Under the pieces are notes generated by a model. It worked only from the letters and a program-made list of their open reading frames with translations. It did no database searches and had not been told where the DNA came from. The translations under genes were made by a program, and so were the position numbers. DNA of 64,000 bases. It comes from Neoechinorhynchus agilis (Eukaryota; Animalia; Acanthocephala). Below are positions 56,521 to 64,000 of the stretch, piece by piece (position 1 is the first letter of the stretch; each line of letters begins with the position of its first letter). Location of the stretch: the NCBI GenBank assembly GCA_051530055.1, contig CM121342.1, positions 10,431,480 to 10,495,479 on the forward strand, in the 5' to 3' direction.

Positions 56521-57026
56521 CAGCTGAGTGATCCAAAGCGGTGGTGTGAATGCTTTCTGCTCCGAGAATCACTTATTGACAATAAGCACACATTCTCAAA
56601 TATCCAAAGAAATTAAACGAAGTGTGCATTGCAATATCTAAAATAAATTCACAGGAGTAAGACACTTGACCGAGAGTTTATTGAGTTTTCCTTTGACCTT
56701 TATAAAACAAAGATCGCAATTTGAGCGATAATAATTCAAGACAAAATTATGCGAAAATTATTAGCATATGAGGATCGAAAACGGTGAGGAAGACTGAAAA
56801 CAAAAATAATCGACAAATCTCTCAATACAATATATTCTTGTACTGCAAAGGACAAAAAGCGGTATTTAAGAGGTTTTTCACCGACGCAAGAATAAGTTCG
56901 ATATCTTAGTACAAAAGCACCTGAACAAAAAACTCAGATAATGTTTTTTACAAAAATTAGAATTGCGCAATAACAGCCACAAATTCCAGGCAGCCCTCCA
57001 ACTTTTTCTTACTTAAAATCAAATTC

Positions 57027-57860
57027 TTAAAGGCCACCATAGCCAGAGCTCGCGGTAGCGGTGAGTGCCGGAGTACGCAACAATTCTGAATGCACATCGT
57101 ACGGCGTTGCACTGTAGATCGAATCGTCCCACAAATCCGGTGTCAAGAATCCATAAGTGTTCGCCATTGCATTAAAGGTCGCCTTGGCAAAATTAGCGAG
57201 CGTACATGTGGATCCTTTTGACTTTGTCCAACAATCTTCTACTCCTGCCATTTCAAGAAGTTTCTTGGGAACGGGTGCACAGACGAGTCCAGTTCCTCGG
57301 GGTGCCGGAATCAATCGAACGAGAACGCTTCCACATTTCGCCGATAATTTGCATGGCACAGTATGCGGATCACCAATTTTGTTGCCCCAATATCCACGAC
57401 GAACAGGAACAACCGATAATTTGGCCAGAATTATTGCGCCACGAATCGCGGTTGCCACTTCTTTTGAACATTTTATCCCGAGGCCAATGTGACCGTTCCC
57501 ATCTCCAATAACTACGATCGCTTTAAATCGAGTTCGTTGGCCCGCACAAGTTTGTTTCTGAACAGGCATAATTTTTAGTACTTCGTCGCGAATCGAAGGC
57601 AGAAGCTCATCAACGATTTGTGGCTCTTTTATTGGTAAAGAATGCAAATATATTTCCTCGAGAGATCTAATCTTCTGCTCCTTAACTAGACGTCCAAGTT
57701 TAGTAACCGGAACCCAAGGTTTCTTCTCCTGCTGCTGACGACCTCCAGGCCGTCTGCCTGCACCTCCTCGAAAACCTCCTCTACCCCCACGGGTACCAAA
57801 TCCACCGCGACGAGATGGCTGTGAAGATCCAAGCGGAACTGCAGTTTGGGGCTGATCCAT
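57027..57860 (-). CDS. RPS2: 40S ribosomal protein S2 (uS5), second copy
   Basis: Translation identical to 34260-35093. Confidence 0.97.
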   Translation of the reverse strand: MDQPQTAVPLGSSQPSRRGGFGTRGGRGGFRGGAGRRPGGRQQQEKKPWVPVTKLGRLVKEQKIRSLEEIYLHSLPIKEPQIVDELLPSIRDEVLKIMPVQKQTCAGQRTRFKAIVVIGDGNGHIGLGIKCSKEVATAIRGAIILAKLSVVPVRRGYWGNKIGDPHTVPCKLSAKCGSVLVRLIPAPRGTGLVCAPVPKKLLEMAGVEDCWTKSKGSTCTLANFAKATFNAMANTYGFLTPDLWDDSIYSATPYDVHSELLRTPALTATASSGYGGL

Positions 57861-59451
57861 TATCTCGCTCGAAAATGTAAACGCGAACAACATCGTGCCG
57901 CAGTAGCCGAGAAAGAACTCAAAAGAAAAGTGGCGTAGTTTGTGATTAAATACGTTATTGCCGAAGTTTGTGAATTTTTTATGATCAAGGTTGGGGAGGA
58001 CATGGTCAAGGAAGGGTCATTTATGTTTTCAGAGTCCACTTTATCAAGATTACATTTGGTATTAAGACGTATGGAGCGCTCGGCAGCTCGGCACTCTCTC
58101 TGCTCAAGGATCTCTCGAAGAAATTGAGAGAGGCAACCGGAGACTCAAGAGCAGGCTTATTTCTTCGACAAAATATCTCGCTGGCAGTACAACGGGGCAA
58201 TGCTGCCAGCGTGATGGCGACGGTCGAGGAAGGACAAAAGCTGGAATTTGGTGGGAGGTGGTGAATGTAAAGAAAAGTAACCAAATAGAAAACTGTATGA
58301 CAATCTGAAAGTTCGCAAAATCAGATATTAAAAAAAAATTGAAAATACAGAAATTATAGATATTCATATCTATTTAGGAGTCGGATTGATGATTTGCAGT
58401 GTAAAAAATTTAATGAGTGAAGGCGGATGAGTAGGCGTCGATATTTGTGAACAATTTGTCGAGGTGAGCGTCAATACGAGTTGAGAAATCAATAAGTTGA
58501 CGCAACTCGGAGAGGGAAAGAAGAAGCAATAGTTTATTGAAATCCCCTGCAATTGAGAAATTGTGTTAATTTGTGGAGTTTATGAGCTCCATCATACAAT
58601 CAAGTCGGTACAAAGAGGATGAGAGGCAGGAGGACGACGGACGCCAGCATTGGGCGATGAATTCTAGATTGGGGTAGTGTAGAGAGCCTGTGAGAGATAA
58701 AGAGTAAGGTAGCGATTGCTGTAGCTTTTGATGCAGATGAAGTGAGTGAAATTTCTTAACATTGGAGTTTCACTAAAGCATTTTACGGATTTAAAGTGCT
58801 CGTTCAGCAAGGTTTTCGAAAGTGGCGGCTTATTTATGAACAATTTGTTTCTTTTGAAAAATGGTTGATTTGCTGATATTGTTTGTTTGTACGCAATCGA
58901 CTTATTGCCTTAAATTTTTTGATCGAAAGGGCCAAGAGAATGGCCGCTGTATTGTGCTTGTGGTGATTATTGAATTAGTAAATTTAAATTTAATTTTTTT
59001 TAGAACTGCCGCAGTTTTGAAAAAATCAAAACAATAGTTCGTAAAAATAATTACAGTTACGTAAGAGGTTCTAAATTATTTCATTCGACGATTGGCTTGT
59101 GTTTTTAGTATCTACCAATTTTGAGTTTAAAGTTGCGAAATGGTTCGAACAAGAACGTTTCTCAGATTATTACATCCCTTCCTCTACTTTTTTTGGCATG
59201 AAGCCACATCGATCTCTTTCAATCACTCCTCTGATGTAGGAAATCGGTGTGGCTTCTTGCCAAAAAAGCTGAGGAAAGGATGTAATAATCTTAATCAAAA
59301 GACCCGGCTTGCCAGTAACATTAAAAAACCTTTTCCTTTGATCACTGGAACAGTCTCGTTGATTCTTAAAAGAAGACTGAGAAGTTCTAAAGCCGCGCAG
59401 TTTTATTATTGAAGATCGTAGCGATTTTTAAAATTTTGGTCTTAAAACGCT

Positions 59452-60059
59452 TGTCGAATCCTCATACTGCGATTGATCTGCCTGCATACCGTATCGAATA
59501 GTATGTGTATTTTATTGATCAACACACAACTACAAACCAAAAACGCACTTATATCAACCACACACAACCTTGTAACGGACGTGACGAATGGTCACATTTA
59601 ACGCATGTGACGTATGTCACATTCCTCCCTTTCCCTATTGTTTTAAAGTTCATTATGAAATCCTGAAATCTTTTCGGGGGTTTACGAACTCTTTGACTGC
59701 GACGCAACAATGGTTCGACACCTTTGCCTCTCTCTTCGTCGCTCGACTGCGATTTCGACACTACTTCCAACTTCGTTGGATGCGCTGTTCTGTGTTGTTG
59801 TTTGATTCTTCTTGTCTTTTTCTCTCTGATTGTTAGAATGGTCAATTGATGGTCACTATGAGCCTTTACGATGACAGAGTTATTTCGGACTCTGTACGAT
59901 GACCAGTTTGATCTATGCAACACTCGTGCCTTAGTCCATTTTTCTGTATCATTTCGTTTTAGCCATACCTCCTCATTCGGAAAAAATTCTCTGGGCTTGG
60001 CTGTTACATCGTGTCTCGCTTTTTGTTCTGACTGTTTTCGATAGTCCAGAGGCAGGTTT
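59452..60059 (-). mobile_element. Duplicated 3' end of Gypsy A (integrase tail, PPT, 3' LTR at 59452-59621)
   Basis: Mirror of 32061-32668 within the right arm. The adjoining CRE-like fragment (60060-60301) is mirrored too. Confidence 0.9.
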
Positions 60060-60779
60060 CCAAGACACTCAGAATTAAACTCAATTTGAGTAGAGCCCTA
60101 GATTCCGTCCACGTGCCCAATATTTTAGAGCCAAGTAACTTGTGCCGCCTAGACAGCAAGCGACCTGACGGTGTCACGGTTTTTCCATGGCGGGAGGGGA
60201 AACCTCTTTTATGGGATGCGACTTGCGTGGGCACGCTTGCCCCTAATAATTTTCAGTTTTCAAAAAAGAGCCCTGGAGGTTCAGCGGTCGTAGCTGAGGT
60301 CGGCGTGTTTCTGTATGATAAGAGAAATCGTTGTACCCTCAACGATCGATCCTGCGGATGCGTTACTTTGATCGCTCTATCTTTAAGTGTTCGTACAAAT
60401 CTTTCAGCCAATCCATTTGACCGAGGGTGATAGGGTGTGATGCGGTTGTGCCGTATTCCGTTTATATTAATAACACGTTTTATTTGTTAGTGCACAAGGA
60501 GGACCCATCCGCGGCCATCAAGGAAGCTGCCGAACAATCATGACGACAGTTGCAGAATTGGACGAAAAGGAGGAATTTGTGAAAGAATATACAAAATATC
60601 CTTACCAAGAAGGTAGAAAAAGAATTCCCATCCGCTAATGTAATAGATGTTCTCATTGTTGATTTTGGAGCAGATCATAATAACACGTTTTATTTGTTAA
60701 TGCACAAAGAGGACCCATGTACCTTTGGGTCCTCATAAACACTCGAGTTCTGATTGGATACATGAATCTGGCTATTGAC

Positions 60780-62900
60780 TTTGGAGTGGATTACGAGTCC
60801 GGGCGGGTTGGAGCGTCCGGTCGGGTTGAAGTTGGTGGTAATTGTTTATAGGAGCGCTTGTAAGGTTGGTCTTTCCTCAAGTTCATTTACAGTTATGATA
60901 TCCGAGAAGATTGGGCAGCATGAAGAAAGGAGCTTAGGTGAAGTGCGAGGTATGAAACGAATTAGGATTACGAGCGTTGTGCTCGTGTGAAAAGGGAGCG
61001 ATATGTGGAAGAAATTGTAGTGGCAGGCTTGAGAGGCGTTTTGTTTGTTTTATGAAAACAGCATCAAGACATTCGATGAGAGATGGAAAATTAGCTGTGC
61101 CAATTTTAGAGGCTCTTTTGTGAAGAATTTCAAGACGGCAGATTAGCGATTTGGAAAGGTTGCAAAATACGGGATAACCGTAGGTGAGGGATGGTAAGAT
61201 AAAGCAGAAGTAAAATTTGTAGAGATCGGGTGAAAGAATTCCTAAATGTCAGAGGCGTTTGAGAAGATAAATTTTAAAGGTGTTTGTTTAGCTTGAGGAG
61301 TGTGTTGCGTGGGTCCCATTTCAAATCTTATTGAAATTAAATACCCAGAATTCTTAGCGAGGTTACTCGTAAAATGTCACTTAGAAGCTCAGGGGATGTT
61401 GTGGGGTTGCGGGAGCGAGGGGATCATTTCGAAGAATTGAGAGAAATTGAGATGGAGTTTGTGGTTGGTGCAGAAATTTTCGATGTGGATAATTCCATTA
61501 GATGTTAACAAGAGGGAAAGATGGGAGGGTGATTGATCATTGAGGGTGAGATCGTCGGCACATAAGAAAAGTTCAACGTGAGAAGAGAGAGGTTTGTCGT
61601 CGCTTACGATAATATTAAAAAGAAGTGGTGACAGCACCCCGAGGTAGGCTGATCGGGGAGGTAGATAGGCAATGAATGTACTGTTTGTGACTGTGGAGTT
61701 GCACGTAATCAAAGAAGATGGGAAATCGCTTATTCTTCGATTTTTTGGGATGGCGGAGATGTTCGAGGGTGTTTGCTAAAAATGACGGGTTATATTGGGA
61801 AGATGAGGTCTGGGTTGAGCTTCGAGGGGCGGTGGAAAGATTTTGTGATGAGTTCTTATGTGGAAAGATACGAACAGAAAGTTGTGAAGTGAGGAGTTTG
61901 TCTCCTGTTAGGAAAGCGGGAAGCTACGAGTGGTGAATTAAAAGTTACTTTGAGGAGACGTGGTCACTGGGTTAAAGGGACTTTTGGAGTTAATGCGCAT
62001 AACTGTTGATGGGGGAGGAATAGTAGAGTAAATGTCGGGGAAAAGGAGTTGACCGATACGAAGAATTTGGTGGCGGTTGTGTGCATCAGCGGCGACAGGA
62101 TCTCCAACAAGGGCTTCAGGCATATCAGAAATAAATAAGGTGCGATTTCTATCCTCGATGGAGGATTGCATGATGCGATGGGTCGAATTCAGAGCAACGA
62201 GGGATGATGGCCGGGGTGGAGAAGGCGTATCGTTACCGAAATGAATCGAAGGGTTGATTGATTTTGATGGTGTTGGCGTCAACCTTATATCCTTATAGTT
62301 ATTTTCTCCTCCTTTTGCATTTTCCCAATCGTTCAGATGTTTCGTCGATCCTTTGTTCAACCGTAGCGTCCTTATTAGTTACTTCAGCTGAATTCCTTTC
62401 GCTTTTCCTAGTGGTACCAAGTCCCTAGTAAATGTCGAAATATTTGCAGTCTTTAGAACACCACTCATTTCCAACAAATCTTTGCTTGAGTTTGGTATAC
62501 TGATGGCATCTGGCAAACCCCTATTCTTCTTTGTGGCCTATCCACTAGTCGATTTCTGTAAACCTATAGTTTTTTCTAAGAATTACCGTTTGAAACATTT
62601 TTCTGCCTCTTTGAACCGTTTGCTTTTTCCCTTCGCATTTTTTGACTTCGACCAACTGTTCACTTTTAAGAGCTTCAATTTCGAGCAGAATTGATTTCGC
62701 TAATATATCCTTAACTGTACTCATCGCTTCAATTAATTAATTCTTTAGAGTTCCAGTAAGTCGTTCGGAGCACTTATTTAGTGCAACATCAAGAAGAGCG
62801 GAATACTTGGCCGATTATCGTTCATTGTTAATTGGTTAGAGGACGTTGACGATAGAGAAACTTGTATGTAAATTTCAATGGTTTTAGCAGTCAAGAAAAC
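60780..62900 (-). mobile_element. Degraded, internally deleted CR1/L2-group LINE
   Basis: 3' motif region at 60780-61130, RT remnant VLSPLLFN...LCADDL at 61389-61712, and ORF1-like DRNRTLFISDMPE at 61938-62360. Confidence 0.72.
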
Positions 62901-62959
62901 GCACGAATGAGGCATCATTCATGCAGACATAAAACATCATCACGCTCTCGATAATGAGC

Positions 62960-64000
62960 TTCGCTGAGAAAAATCCATTATAGCAAAAATCTACGAGCGG
63001 TATGGATATATTCGGTATAGTAGGGAGGAGTTGACAAGTAAGAAGCGTTTTTGAAGGAAGGAAAATGCGGTGTATGATAGATGGAAAGTGATTTTGAGTT
63101 GAAGAGGACGGGAGTTATCAGAGTTTTTGTTGGAGATGCGCTGAACGGAGACGGGGGAAACAAAAAGAAAACAGGATTTGGGAAACGGTTGTTGATGGGC
63201 AATATTAAGGTGATGAATGTAGTGTTTCTGAAGGTCTAATTTGGATAATGTTATTATTTCGGAGATACCTGAGGGGAGGATGTTATGTGTAGCTCCGTAG
63301 TTGGATGAAATATTATGATAGTGTTTGTTGCTGGAGGCCTGTTGCGGTGATTGTTGAGAAAGATTGCTTTTGCGGTAGGCATGAGTGGTAGAGGTGTATG
63401 GACGTTTTCGAACTAAAGGTCTCGTGCGAAAATGTTTTTTGCGTAAATAGTCAAACAAGGTGGGGAGTTTTAAGATAGTTTGCTAAGCAGTTCTCAAAGA
63501 GTTAGGTGGCGAATTTCGGGAGGGTTGAGAAGTTTTGGAGCAGGTGGAGAGTTTTGGGAATTGTTGGGAGAGGTGGGGCGAATTCATAGCAACGAGAGAT
63601 GATGGCCGAGGTGGAGTAGGCCTATCATTACCAAAATGAATCGAAGGGTTGATTGATTTTGATAGTGTTCCTCATTTTGCTCTTGTTTCTACTCGTTCAG
63701 ACGTTTCTTCGATCTTTTGTTCAACCGTAGCTTTGTTAGTAGTACCTTCAGCTGAATTCCTTTCGCTTTTAATAGCGTTACCTTTTATCCCAGTTACAAT
63801 ATCATACTCCTTCACAGTAATTTTAGAATCATTAAGTACTACGGGCTGAATATCCTCTAAGGGTGGTACCAAATCCTTAGTAATTTTCGAAATATTCATA
63901 GACTTTTGAACACCAATTGCTTCCAATGAATCTTCATTTGAGTTTGGTATACTGATGGCATCTAGGAAAACCGTATTCTTCTTTGTGGCCACTCCACTGG
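62960..64000 (-). mobile_element. Further CR1/L2-group LINE fragment (ORF1 and inter-domain region), runs off the window
   Basis: 63672-63992 is homologous to ~62340-62560 and ~54080-54400. Confidence 0.6.

Larger units (their letters stand above)
56704..60301 (-). repeat. Right arm of the ~3.6-kb inverted repeat
   Basis: Reverse complement of 31819-35434. Confidence 0.96.

Noticed and set aside
31819-60301. Single giant TIR transposon carrying the Cys-rich gene as cargo
   Set aside because: No TSD, no transposase, and the arms consist of host gene plus retroelement debris; segmental inverted duplication fits better.

Overview
Eukaryotic (metazoan invertebrate-like) DNA with short GT-AG introns (42-82 nt wherever I delimited them, one ~140 nt) and dense retroelement nesting. 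I found no rRNA, genuine tRNA gene or CRISPR array. Host genes: (i) two paralogous giant cysteine-rich modular genes on the minus strand (~10.3-20.9 kb and ~36.0-50.5 kb). Each is built from one-module-per-exon 6-Cys (EB-like) repeats in the same fixed six-module order. Each carries its own homogenised ~8.6-kb tandem array (~1290-bp and ~1282-bp units), and the two share a near-identical 651-bp tract in their last exons. (ii) Two intronless 40S ribosomal protein S2 (uS5) genes with identical translations, lying in the arms of a ~3.6-kb near-perfect inverted repeat that brackets the second Cys-rich gene. The rest is mobile DNA: a nested Ty3/Gypsy stack (23.3-32.7 kb) with a tRNA-derived SINE in its 5' LTR, RTE, Penelope-like (one with a hammerhead-like motif), CRE-like and many CR1/L2-group LINE remnants, plus a small hairpin MITE-like family. 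Boundaries of degraded elements and the 5' ends of the two big genes are approximate. Identities were judged by eye and from the ORF track, not computed.
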